Assembly (NCBI GenBank): GCA_951406725.2
Contig: OX597816.1
Span: 147,994,001 to 148,058,000 of the forward strand
Reading direction: 5' to 3'
Origin: Octopus vulgaris
Lineage: Eukaryota
DNA length: 64,000 nt
A program made the position numbers and the translations under genes. The notes beneath the pieces are model-generated. The model searched no databases and had not been told where the DNA came from. It saw only the letters and a list, made by a program, of their open reading frames with translations. Below are positions 51,505 through 64,000 of this stretch, in pieces; position 1 is the first letter of the stretch, and each line of letters opens with the position of its first letter.

Positions 51505-52022
51505 ACGTGGCAGAATTATTGAATCCAGTAAAAATATCCACATGGTGTTACAATAGCGTTTACTTAATCTTTATCTGGTCATTATATTTTATATGAGAAT
51601 GAGTGCCAAACAAGTAAATCAAAGGAATGATTAACAATTCACTCTAAAAGTTGCAAGAAGAACGGCATCTACACTAAAGAATATGCGCTATTATTACAAA
51701 ATAATATTAAAGTCTATGTATAGATAACATTGTATTTGTGTTTTAAATAGCTACAATAAGTTCTAACACGATTTTAACGTAATTCGATTTTGCTATATTT
51801 AACACATATAACTATCACTATTTATTATATGTATTTCTTTAATACATTGAGTCTAGAATTGTATTTTTTGAAAAATCAAACAATGCAGAACATCGACAAC
51901 TTAAAACATATACAGTTTTGTTTTGTTCTGTTGTTCTTTTTTTCGTCTATTATAAATCTAACGAATAAAGAAGTAGTAATGATAAGAGAATATTGTTACT
52001 TGTAAATGGAGATTATACAACT

Positions 52023-52117
<95 letters not shown>

Positions 52118-52294
52118 GTGTGTGCGTGTGTGTGTGTAGAAATTAATGCTTTGTCAGTACGTATTAGCAAATAGAAAATCATGTTCGAGACTTGAAAACA
52201 GATAAAGTAAAAGAGCAAGGCATGACAAAAACATGTATAAATAAAACGAGGCAGAAATACTTCATATTGTATATGTACAGAAACGCACACATGA

Positions 52295-52349
<55 letters not shown>

Positions 52350-52358
52350 CATATACAT

Positions 52359-52443
<85 letters not shown>

Positions 52444-52478
52444 TATACATATATATACATATGTATGTGTGTATGTCA

Positions 52479-52580
52479 TTATTCAGTTTTATTTGAAGAT
52501 TTCTTGCCAATAGAGAAAGAGCCGGTTTCTCGCCGAGATCCATGGCTCCTTCATTGGAATTTCATCAGCAACAGGGTATA
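52479..52580 (-). repeat. ~100-bp repeat with hammerhead-like motifs; relatives at 58718-58820 and ~55465-55545
   Basis: Minus strand CTGATGA aattccaatgaaggagcc...GAAACCGGCTC. Confidence 0.5.
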
Positions 52581-53169
52581 TATGTATGTATGCTCTCTCA
52601 TGCATATTCTTGCGTATCTCGACATGTTCATAGGCATAAATGTATGATTAGAAACACAGATGAGACAAGTAAAACATGTGGTATAAGTTCATAACTTAAA
52701 CCGTGAAGAGCAGTTATACAAAATAGGTAAGTCTCTTACAGCTCTTCTTAAAATAGCTAAGCATGTGGAGCATGAGTTATCGAACAAGGCTAAGTATTCC
52801 GTCACCGGAGAGAGCGAGAGAGCAAGAGAGAGAGAGAAGGAAATAAATAAATAGCCTTATAGAAGGATATTAAGAGTTACTACTAATAAGTAAGTGCACA
52901 AAGTAAAAATATATTATTGGTTGATAGTTCCATGGTTGAAGTATTAAGGAAGTCCTTTGTAGACGATAATATCCGTAACCAGTCCATAGTAGAATATCAA
53001 GGAGAGTCCAAGGTAAAAAAGATGGAAGTTACTAGTTCCATCTTTAAAGAAAATGTGAGGTAGATATGAGACTTCAAAGAGTACAGGACTGTATAAAGGA
53101 AGAATAATACTTACATGAAGGTCGATGACACAGTGATAGCGTACATAACATAGGAGTTAAGAGCATATA

Positions 53170-53345
53170 GTGAGAATCAACAAAAATAAAATAGACGAAG
53201 ACGGGTGTGTAAACAACAAACAGATGTATTTGTTTAACGCTCGGGAAATGAGAAAGTATTTTACGTTTCGAGCCTACGCTCTTCGACAGAAAGGAACATA
53301 GAAATAAACAGGGAGAGAAAATAGAAAATAGAAAATAGAAAATAG
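53170..53345 (-). mobile_element. Short variant-hammerhead repeat (same family as 3794)
   Basis: Minus strand ttt-CTGTCGA-A-GAGC gtag GCTC-GAAAC-GTA-aaa. Confidence 0.65.
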
Positions 53346-53346
53346 A

Positions 53347-53398
<52 letters not shown>

Positions 53399-53552
53399 GG
53401 GGGTGTATGTAAGCATACATACACGCATATACACATATATACTGAGTCATATACCGATATAATGTCGCATATATATTTTCGCAGACATTGTCCGTACATA
53501 AATTCACATTGAGATATAAGCAGATAGCCATTGACATATAGGTGCATATATG

Positions 53553-53598
<46 letters not shown>

Positions 53599-53992
53599 CG
53601 TGTGTGTCTGTGTATGTGTATGTGTGTGTGTACGTGTGCACATATATATACACATACATACACACATATATATGTGTGTGTCTATGTGCAGACATATATA
53701 TATATACAAACAACAGACACTCCCGCACACACATATATTCATATTCATACTCACGCGCACATACTAATCATACATACATATACAAGGATAGGGGATATTT
53801 TAAGTCGACTGATGAAAACTGACAGAGAAATTTAATGGGAAAAAACAGGTATATGAATGTGAGAATTTGATTGTACCGAGAACAATTAATATGGGCAAAG
53901 TTTATAACTGGACATATGTGTTTGCGCGCGCATATGTGTGTATGTGTGTGTATGCACGTATGTATGTGTGCATGCGCATGCGTGTTTTTGTG

Positions 53993-54023
<31 letters not shown>

Positions 54024-54416
54024 CATACATATATAAGTATATGTATGTATATAAGTACGTGCGTATGTATGTGTGTATGTATGTAAGTTTGTATAATGTA
54101 TGTATGTGTATTCGAGCGAAGTGAAAGCAAGCGCCGCTCTTATGAAATTTAAGCCAATTCTCACTCAACTTTCCTCTTAAAACGAAGAACACTTTGGATA
54201 ATGTAGTTCTAGATATATGATTGGAAATGAGAACCGACCATCAGATCTGTAACATCATTGATTGTAATTCTTATCGATCAGAGCCGGATTGGTGCAAGTA
54301 AGTGACTAATCCCTTCCATTATCCTATTTATTTTAATTTCCATATTAAGACTCCAAATTACATCTAACCCCTACGTTTTGCAGGAAAAGCATACGTACTA
54401 AGAGAGACAGTCTTAT

Positions 54417-54452
<36 letters not shown>

Positions 54453-55352
54453 ACACACACACAGACACACACACACACATATTAAATTCGATTGGAGGTT
54501 GTGATAACTTCATGAAGGTATAGTTTCTTCCAAGGAAATAATTATTCAATACCTAGTATTTTGTGGGTAATTAATTTCATTAAAATAGTGGATACATATA
54601 TGAAAAAATATAGTGTATATTCATACGAAAAAGAATATAGTGATTGGGAAGTTAATTGTATATTATCAACAGCAAATTACTCATCATCCCTTACAGCTGT
54701 TTCAATGAATACTCAGTAAATATTTAGCAAATATTGAATTTATATTTATATGACCAGAGCATAATATGTTAAGAGGCAAAAAATATACCCTTGATTTTTA
54801 TGTGTTTATGGCTTCGTTATAGGAGACTGAATGATACGGTTTATGATTGGTATTGTTATATGTTCTGGCGAGGGGTTTACGAGTTGATTGGAGAGAAGAT
54901 AGAATAAGTAAATAGAAATAAAACAATAAATGAATAAAATAGAGATGATAGACGAAGTTTAAATATAAATAGGGTAAGTTTATGGTTAATAAAAAGAATG
55001 AAATAATCGGTTATAAAGTATGAATAAAGTTATGAAAATTTGTATATATGCAAGTACGCACGTATACATATACACACATACACATATGTATCCGTACATC
55101 CATATATATATAAATACACACACATATACCCACACATATACATGCATCAACACGTACACATATCCGCGCACACACGTATATACGTATGTATACACATACA
55201 TGCGCAAATACATGAATACGTATGCATATTCACACATACGTATACGTATATATATATATATATATATATATTCCTTTACTCTTCATACCCATCACCCCTA
55301 TGAAGAAGTTAATATAGATATATTTTGGTCAATCAATTCCGATTGGTTAATG

Positions 55353-55393
<41 letters not shown>

Positions 55394-56704
55394 TCTCTCG
55401 CTGCCCATTTATCTCACACAAACTTTATATGTATATGTGTGTGCGAATATATGTTCTCTTCTGGTTTTAATTATTTGAAATCTCCCTGTGAAGAAGAAGC
55501 TGGTTCCTAACAAAGTTACAAAGCTCCGTTGCTGAACTGTAGAAAACAAAATCGAATTCACATTTTAAACTTGAGAAAAAATATGCATATTTTACAGTAT
55601 TCTTACTGTGTGAATCAGCTGGTTGATGTCTTTTGCGAAAATCCTAGTTTATCCAGATTGTCACTTAGGGTCCCAAAACGAACTACACCAATTATTATTG
55701 GTATAAAACTGAATTTTGTAATCTGGGTACAGAAGCTGAAGCTTTAGAATTCATTTCTGAAAAGATATTCACATCAACAGAGTAGCTGACCTCAATAACA
55801 GTTCATAGGTTTTTCTTGTCCTTCCCAAACAATATTAGGTTTGTTACGTTTAAACTTGACTCATATTTTAATGGGATGTTGAATCAGGTTGTGTATGTAT
55901 TCAATAACAGGAGGATTTCCTAGATTTTTTTGTTGGAGAGTCTTTTTAAGAATGGCATTGTGTATATACAAACAGCTTCGTGTAGCATAGGAAAATAGCA
56001 CTTTGATTATATATTTGGGCAGTTACTAATCATGTTTAATCTAATCAAATTTCGCCATAACAAAACGAATATTGTTGTTTGAAACAAACAAGAAAAATTA
56101 TGTACTATCACTGAGGCCATCTATCCTGCTTATGTGAATACCGTTGCTTCCACAGATATATGACGTAATCTATATTTTCGGTTGCATCTCGGGCCTCCAA
56201 GGGTAGCATAGTTTCATTTGTTTATTTGGTATTTTTTTTTAGCAATTTCCTTTTCTTGGATTACAAATGCATAGCCTTCGAAGTATGAAGTGATATAGTG
56301 GTCAGGAGTCCAATGAGTCTGAATTTCACCTCAGTGTTACTGTCTTCTTCAAGACTTCGGGAAACATACCCATGCATGCATAGTCGTGTTTTATTAAGCT
56401 GAGTATATCACAAAGATCTTTTTTGAAGTATCTTACTCCCACGGAAAATCCGTAATGAGGATTTACGCTTGTTTGTCTCTGTCTCTCTGTCAATCTCCGT
56501 CTGTCATTCTCCCTCTAGACATGGGGAGAGAGAGAGAGAGACGGGGAAAGAAAGGGAGAGACAGGGAGAGGCAGGGAGAGAGAGATGGAGAGAAACTGAA
56601 TTTGATTTTTATACAATTCCAATTTCACGTTCATTCTTTCCCCACTTCTTATCTTAAATCGGTAGACTCTATTCGTTCAATGGCTTCCTCCTTGAGAAAG
56701 CTAA

Positions 56705-56745
<41 letters not shown>

Positions 56746-56771
56746 TATACATATATATATGTATATGTATG

Positions 56772-56805
<34 letters not shown>

Positions 56806-56934
56806 GCAAAATATATACATATGTGTGTATGCTGGTATGTACACGCGCATAGACATACATAGATACTAGATACACATACGTACATAGATATATAGAGGTA
56901 GATAGGAAGGTAAGTAGGTAAGATGGAGACATAT

Positions 56935-58330
56935 CGTGTAAGTCTTTGAATACCTACAGTCGTCGTCTTTTGCTTTTGTCTGTATTTTTCCAGATATTCT
57001 CAGGTAGAATATTCCCGTGTCCTTCTCAACGAACAAATTTTATACTGATTCGGATTTTTGATTTTAGGTTCCTGCTATGATACACTTTTATGGCATCCAT
57101 AAGAACTGATGACGTGGTAAAGTTATTGCATACTTTTGTTTATTTACTTCTTTTTCTAGCTGTGAGCATGAACATGTATGAAGGTGATGAGGTTGACTTT
57201 ATTCAGTTTTACATTTCTTGTATCTTTATGCTTCTTTGACTATGGTGGTTAGTTGTGGTTAATCAGGCATCATTACTCCGCCATTGCTTTCTTTGGAGCA
57301 TGTGGAGGTCAGTATCTGCTTTCTCTATTCTCACACCTTCTGTAATCTGTCTTAATTGAGTATCTTTGTATATGTGAAAAGAACATTTACTTCAACATTT
57401 TTTATTGATCCATTGTATATATGTACAGCCTATTGATAGTTTATGGGTGTTAGCGTCTTTTCATTCTATTCTCGCTAGTGTCCTACAAATTTTCTATCTA
57501 AGCTACACACTGTTCCCCCTTCAGAGTCTATGGGACTTGCGATTATTTACATTTCTAAGCATCTCATATGCTATAATGAATTTCTTGTTTAGCAGTTGAA
57601 GTTTGAGTTGATTGTAAACACTGAAATTGTTACAGTAATATTTTTTTTTCTTTTTGTATAAATGGGTATGATTTACAAATGAGATACTCTACTTCTTAAT
57701 TTTAACTTTTATTTCTTTTAATGCTTTTTAATGCTTTAATGCTTTAAAGTTGTAGGCTACTTCATGTCTGGGTATAGTATGGATAAATATCACATATTGA
57801 AGTTTGTTTCTTTCCGTACCAATAATTTATGTCATCCGACTTCTTTTTTGTCACAAACTTCCGCAATTTGATCATTTACTTGAAGCACACTCCATTTAAG
57901 TCATCACTGATGATGGTTTCAATTTTGTTCTTGGATTCTCTATACACTCTGTTTCGAACTTCTTAATTATATCCGTAGAATTACATGGAATGGATGAAAT
58001 TTTGGACATGTTTCTTCAGTTTACAGTGGGGAGACAAATGCATTTTTCATTATCTTTACTATGTCAAATGTCAAGATGCTTTGTTTTTTGCATTTGTTGT
58101 CATAGCAGACATCTAGCGGTCCAGATGCTTAACGGCCTTTAGTTTCATATAATGCAAGTGGAAGGTTTTGTTATTGACACACATAATTTCTAGCCATAGT
58201 TCCGTATCTGCAAATGGTAATCCTTTATTGAGGTGTGTGAATGGATAATTGATAGTCACGTTGATGTTGTAAATTTAGTTCACTTTGAACACGACAGCAA
58301 GGCATATGTTTTCTGATAAAGTGTTGAATG
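56935..58330 (-). mobile_element. Highly degenerate RLE-type LINE RT remnant
   Basis: Traces of the DDI..YGK and KAD.D.H..R..GG motifs on the minus strand. Confidence 0.45.
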
Positions 58331-58864
58331 ATGAATAAGTTTTCTTTATTATATATTTAGATATTACTTTGAAATATAAGATATAGGTACTTGTCTCTAA
58401 GAAAAAAATCCAGGACACCTGAAAGTTCTTGAAGCAATAAATACACATCATAAGTATTACTTTATTCAGTTAGCAATGTTACAGTGTATTCAGAGATGGA
58501 ATTATTCGTGCTAATCGAAGCTGCTCAAACAAACACAAATTCTCATAGACACACACACATATGCATGTTTTCTGTGTATATATGTATATCGGTGTATGTA
58601 TGTATATATGCATCCACACACGTACATGTATGTATGTGTGTTTGTCTGTGTGTGTATGTATGTGTGTATATGTATGGGTTTGTGTATGTATGTATGGGTT
58701 TGTGTATGTATGTATGTTATTATTCAGTTTCATTCCAAGATTTCTTGCCAAATATAGAAAGAATCGGTTTCAAACCAAAATCCAAGGTTTCTTCATTGGA
58801 ATTTCAACACCAGCAACATTCTTCGCATGCCTATACTTGTACATCAAGACATGCTCATATATAC

Positions 58865-60460
58865 TTAACCTTCTGTCCACCAATGGGTCCAAAGGGCCCA
58901 TTTTAGTTTTTCCAGTTGCGCTTTCCTACTGTTTATATTATTTGCTTCTGCTGATTTCTCGTGACTTATTTTTTCTTGACTCTATTTTATTTGCCAAATG
59001 GGTAATTTTCCGTATGTTTATAAAAGCTAGAAAATTCCACTTTATACATTAATTACCGTATAGGTCCATTGGACCCTCGAATTAAATTCAGACAATACTC
59101 TTGTCATTCTAAACAGAATAAAAGAAGTAGCAAATATTATTTTCCTAGATTTTTATCAGATATAAAATAGATAAAATTGTATTCAATTTATTTGCCGAAT
59201 TTTAGATAAAATAAGAAAAATTATGAAAATATTCTTGTAAATTTTTGTGGCATTGCATCACCTTCAATCTGCTAGGTTATAGGGTGATGCAATATTTCTG
59301 TGAGGATGCAATTCCTTCAATATATTTCATCATCTTTCAGGAGAGTATAAATATGTGGGAGAGCAATATCTGCCTTTAGTCTGCTATCAACTTTCATATA
59401 GTTCAGTTGTGCTTTCCAGTATGCCTAGACGTGAAAACTTGAGTGAAAACCAAATGTCGAAAAAGATATTGGAAATGGGAAGAAGATAGTAGTGATTCCT
59501 TCTGTTGCTCTGAAGATGATGATAAAAGTGATTGTGTACATGACAGTTTAGGTTCTGTGTTATCAGATGATGCAGATACTCAAAAAGAAATGTCTGCAAG
59601 CCACCCAATTATGAATGAGCAATATGTTTCTAGAGACAAGCAAGAAGTTTGGCATTCTAATCCTCTTACTCAAGCAGCAGTAAGAACTTTATCTTGCAAT
59701 ATTGTGCGCCCAAAATGTGGATCATCCCGTTTTGCTAAAAGGTCTTGCGTCAGAATCTTCTTGAAGTAATTCGTAAATGGAAAATGTTGAAGGTCTGGAC
59801 TAAAAAAATTTATTGGACTGAATATTCTTATAGGCGTTTATAAATGTAAACATGAAAATTCACACAGTTATGGAGTCAAGAAGATGGCCGCCCAATATTC
59901 AACAAAATTATGAGCCGAGAGAGATTTCAACAGATTTTACAAGTATTGCGTTTTGATAATGCTAGTGCAAGAAGATAAAATGAGAAGTGATGATAAATTG
60001 GAGCCCATGAGAGAAGTATTTGAAATGTGGAATCAGAATTTGAAAGATGGATATGTTCCAAATTCATGCATGACAGTTGATGAACAATTAATTTCATTCC
60101 GGTATATATACTTTCAGAACCAGGGAAATATGGAATTAAAATTTGGGCAATATGCGACAGTGAAACATCTTATGCCTGGAAAATGCAAATTTACACTGGA
60201 AAAGACCCAGTAAAAGGGAGAGAGACAAATCAAGGTTCAAGAGTTGTTGAAGACCTAGTAAAAGAACTTGAAAATACTGGTCGCAATATAACTTGCGATA
60301 ATCTTTTTACAAGTCCAGGATTGGCTTGAAAGCTACTTAGCAAGAAAACTTCTTTTGGTGGACCAATTAGAAAGAACAGAGTTGAACTTCCAAGTGCTTT
60401 CACAAATGGAAAAGCGAAATCAACAGTACAATATTTGGATTTCAAAAGTAAATAATACAT
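58865..60460 (+). mobile_element. piggyBac transposon relic (left end plus disrupted transposase, 3'-truncated)
   Basis: TTAA-CCTT terminus at 58865. Subterminal palindrome aatgggtccaaagggcccatt. Transposase motifs VDEQLISFR, GKYGIKIWAICDS..YAWKMQIYTGK, GRNITCDNLFTS and IRKNRVELP. Confidence 0.88.
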
Positions 60461-62570
60461 AGTAAATAATGTTTGCCTTTCTAGCTCAGTTTTTCTGATA
60501 TGAGGGAATAATGCATTGCAATTATTCTTTGTAAATACATTGCGTTAGCGCGTGGTTGTTGTAGTCTGATGGCAAATATAATTCGCGGAGTTGTAAAACT
60601 TATAACTTACTCATTTGCAGCTACACTTAAATTACCCTGTATAGGCGTGTTTGTAGGCTTCTAGCTGATTATTGATGAACAGATATTGAGATTTTTGTAG
60701 GATATTATTAGTGACATTTGCGCTTTTATGATCACTAAAACATCAAGATTACAACTCACCACTTGCAAGCAAATTCATAAGTCCCTTAGGTCATTTGTAG
60801 CTCATTTGTGATCTTATGCTTTTGTGATTATTTTTGGTAAATGCATAATTGCCTATGGAGGGCATTATTAATGCTGATGTATGGTTTGCTGTAATTCTTT
60901 GTGCGTTTTAAGGTTTCTGATATGTTTCTCTAGTCTGTTAACTGTTACGCGAACATGGACCGTTAAAAACAGTAGCAAACAATGCCGATCAAGTGAAATA
61001 TCATAAAAACCAAATGATACATTGGTATTGACAGTCACTCCTACTTAAGCATTGCTGAAATGTTATACAAATGAATATAATGGACCGTGTCTTAATAGAA
61101 GCATCGGAAACTTTTTCGCCATCTTTGCACAAAAGAAAATTGTGCCTGTCACTCATTAAACATATACCTATGGTGGACAAGTTGCAACTGCAAACATTAC
61201 CGATAATTTGAGAGCCTCACTCAACTTAACATGACAAAACACAAAACGAAACTGTAGGAAAAGCACATAATATTGTTTCCGATTTAGACAAAAAGACCAG
61301 CAATTTTTAAGAGGAGGTAGGTGTTAATCGTTGATAGAGGAGATAGATTTTAATTCTATAAAATTCAGAACGCAAAATGCCGAAACAAATGTTACAAGGC
61401 ATTCTTCTGACGCTCTAAGGATTCAGCCAATAAAACTGAGATTTATCTTTCCTAGAATAGAACTCTTTCATCAAATCCAAGTTCTATATAAGGAAACTGC
61501 ATGACTTGAGATAACTAATGGAACTGATTGGAACTGATGTCTTATGTTAATAAAAGTGCCCTCCTCTCAAAAGTCATTCAACAAATGAAACACAAGAAAC
61601 GTAGAAAGTACCAAGTATGTGCAATAAATAATTTTTCATGATTATATTCTAAATATATATATATACTGAGTTCTATTTCCCTCATTTGTGAAACAGAAAA
61701 TATATATTTATATTTTCAGATTGTAGAAGCTACTCACTACTCTTAACATATATCCAACATCATGCCAGTGTAAACGAGAAACTGCAGAGGCTGGACTTAT
61801 ATCTACATCACCTATATCATACACACTTGGACCTCATAAAATAGGTAGATGATAACCATGGTGGGGATAGCGATGACAATGATGTGCCGATGAACCCACT
61901 TATTTTCAAGTATATTTAGAGTTTCTTTATATTTATTGGAAATCAGGGAAGAAGTAAGATGTGTCGTGTATGTATGTTTTCTAAAGTAAGTGAAGTCTGC
62001 TGCCAAAGATGGACAGCAGTAATAGAAACAACAAAAAGAAAAAAACGTTAAAAAATAGCAATAAAAGCAACAACATATATAGCATCAATAACAACACTAA
62101 CAATAAGAACAAAGACGGTAATGACGAAGATATGGGGGAGGTGTGTGAGGATGAAGTAGCTGAGAATGCCCAATGAAATAAGATTATGCGTGTGTATGCG
62201 AGTGCATATGAGAGTGCGTGTGTATGCGAGTGCATATGAGAGTGCGTGTGTTTGTCTGTGAGTGTGTGTGTGTGTTTGTGACAGTGTGTGTGTGTGCGCG
62301 CGCGTATGTTTGCGTATATTGATTTTGTATTTGGTTATAGGCCAAAAAATTTATACAGCAGCCAAATAAGAATTATGTGACCAATAATATACATACAGGA
62401 ATAAAAAAGAAGCACAAAAATACATTAATGCTTGTATGGTATGTTAATGTGTATATATATATCAGTCGTAGCCATGGTGGTGATGACGACGATGGGGATG
62501 GTGTTGATGATAGAAAGCTTGACGCTTGACAACATCGATGACGTTGACGATGGCCACGGTGATTAAAGCA

Positions 62571-62603
<33 letters not shown>

Positions 62604-63112
62604 CTGATGATGCAGGTGATGATGATGATGATGAATATAACTACTCGGAAGTATTCTGGGGATGGTTGGTTTTATTTATGATGATTGCTTATAATGTTTA
62701 ATGAAAGACGTGTATATAAATATTGATGATATACACACACGGAAAAAACATATTTCTTTGTATTATACATATGTATGCGTATAATACACGAACACACACA
62801 TATACTTATATGCACATACATATACCCACTTACACAAACACTCGCGTGTGTAGAGAGGTAAAGTCATACACGCATCCCTAAATACTTTTTTTTTACTTGG
62901 ATAACGTATAGTTTTACATACGAAAATATATCTCTATTAATGTACCTCAATATGATTGTATGTTATCGCAATATAATCGATATTAGTAGGTAAAAATACA
63001 AAAGTACTAGAACAAAACTATAAATGTGCACCTTAGTGCGTTTCGGGATATTATTGTTAGTATGTTCTTGTGTATGTCTGATTCAGAGCGCGCACACGCG
63101 TGTGTATTTGTG

Positions 63113-63162
<50 letters not shown>

Positions 63163-64000
63163 TACGTGTTGTGTGTGTCTGTACGTGTTTGTGTGTCTGT
63201 ACGTGTTGTGTGATCGTCAGTATTTGCGTATTTTTTTCTCTGTATTTGTCTTCGTATGCCATCAATATTTATATACATGTCTTACATTAATGATCGAAAT
63301 ATATCAATATTTAATCTTTATAAAGGTGATTGAGCGGTGCTTACTTCTACATCTTTATTTGCCATTACGTTCTGTGTTCAAATATCGGGAAGGGTTATCT
63401 TTACTATTTATTATACAACTAATGAATTCACTCATTTTCTGAACTATAATCCTTCCCTATAAAACTGTGGCCTTGTTGCAAATTCAGAAATACATGACCT
63501 TAATTCAATATATATCTTAAAAGTAAAATTTAATGTAGCAGACACATATTCAACTTCGTGTTACCATAGTTAATACGGTGTTACTTAAGACACTGACTAG
63601 GAATAATTTTATACTGAAGACATACCAATATCAAGCCTATGACAGATATTCTAACTTATTTCACTAAGTCGGAGACACAACTCACAACACGTACAGGGCT
63701 AGCTAATATCAATTTTCCAAATTTTATTTTATTATTTAATGAAAGACAAACAAACTATATTAATACTGAAAAGCCCCCACACAAACATATATGCGTACAG
63801 ACGCAACCGTGTAAGTATGTATGCCATTGGCTACTGTCTCTAGAGTCTCTAGTGTATTTGTCTGAGTGGTTCGTGTGACTATGTGAGAGAAATCTTCTAT
63901 GTTATTGTGTGAATGAGAGAGGGTGCTTGAGTTGGGTAAATGGAAAATAATCTTGAAATGTGTACTGTGCATGATTCTAATTTGTTTGCGTGCGTGACTG

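Noticed and set aside
62186-62250. Two-copy 28-bp tandem repeat
   Set aside because: Simple slippage within TG-rich microsatellite sequence.

Overview
AT-rich, microsatellite-dense eukaryotic DNA with no recognisable host protein-coding exon. The SINE families and (TA)n/(CA)n/(TAA)n load suggest a cephalopod (Octopus-like) intron or intergenic region; this is an inference. Nearly all short ORFs in the track are microsatellite translations. The real content is mobile DNA. It includes a near-intact restriction-like-endonuclease (R4/Dong-type) LINE in a (TAA)n array (28464-32376), many truncated relatives in other TAA arrays, an internally deleted L1/Tx1-type LINE, a CR1-type relic, a piggyBac relic, several tRNA-derived SINE families, MITE/foldback elements and a Helitron-like element. 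The most notable item is a 558-bp unit with a perfect 207-bp terminal redundancy (39329-40093) inserted in (TA)n. It carries a canonical type I hammerhead ribozyme core inside a long self-complementary domain, making it a candidate retrozyme or viroid-like circular-RNA retroelement. Several other short (TA)n-associated repeats carry minimal or variant hammerhead motifs.
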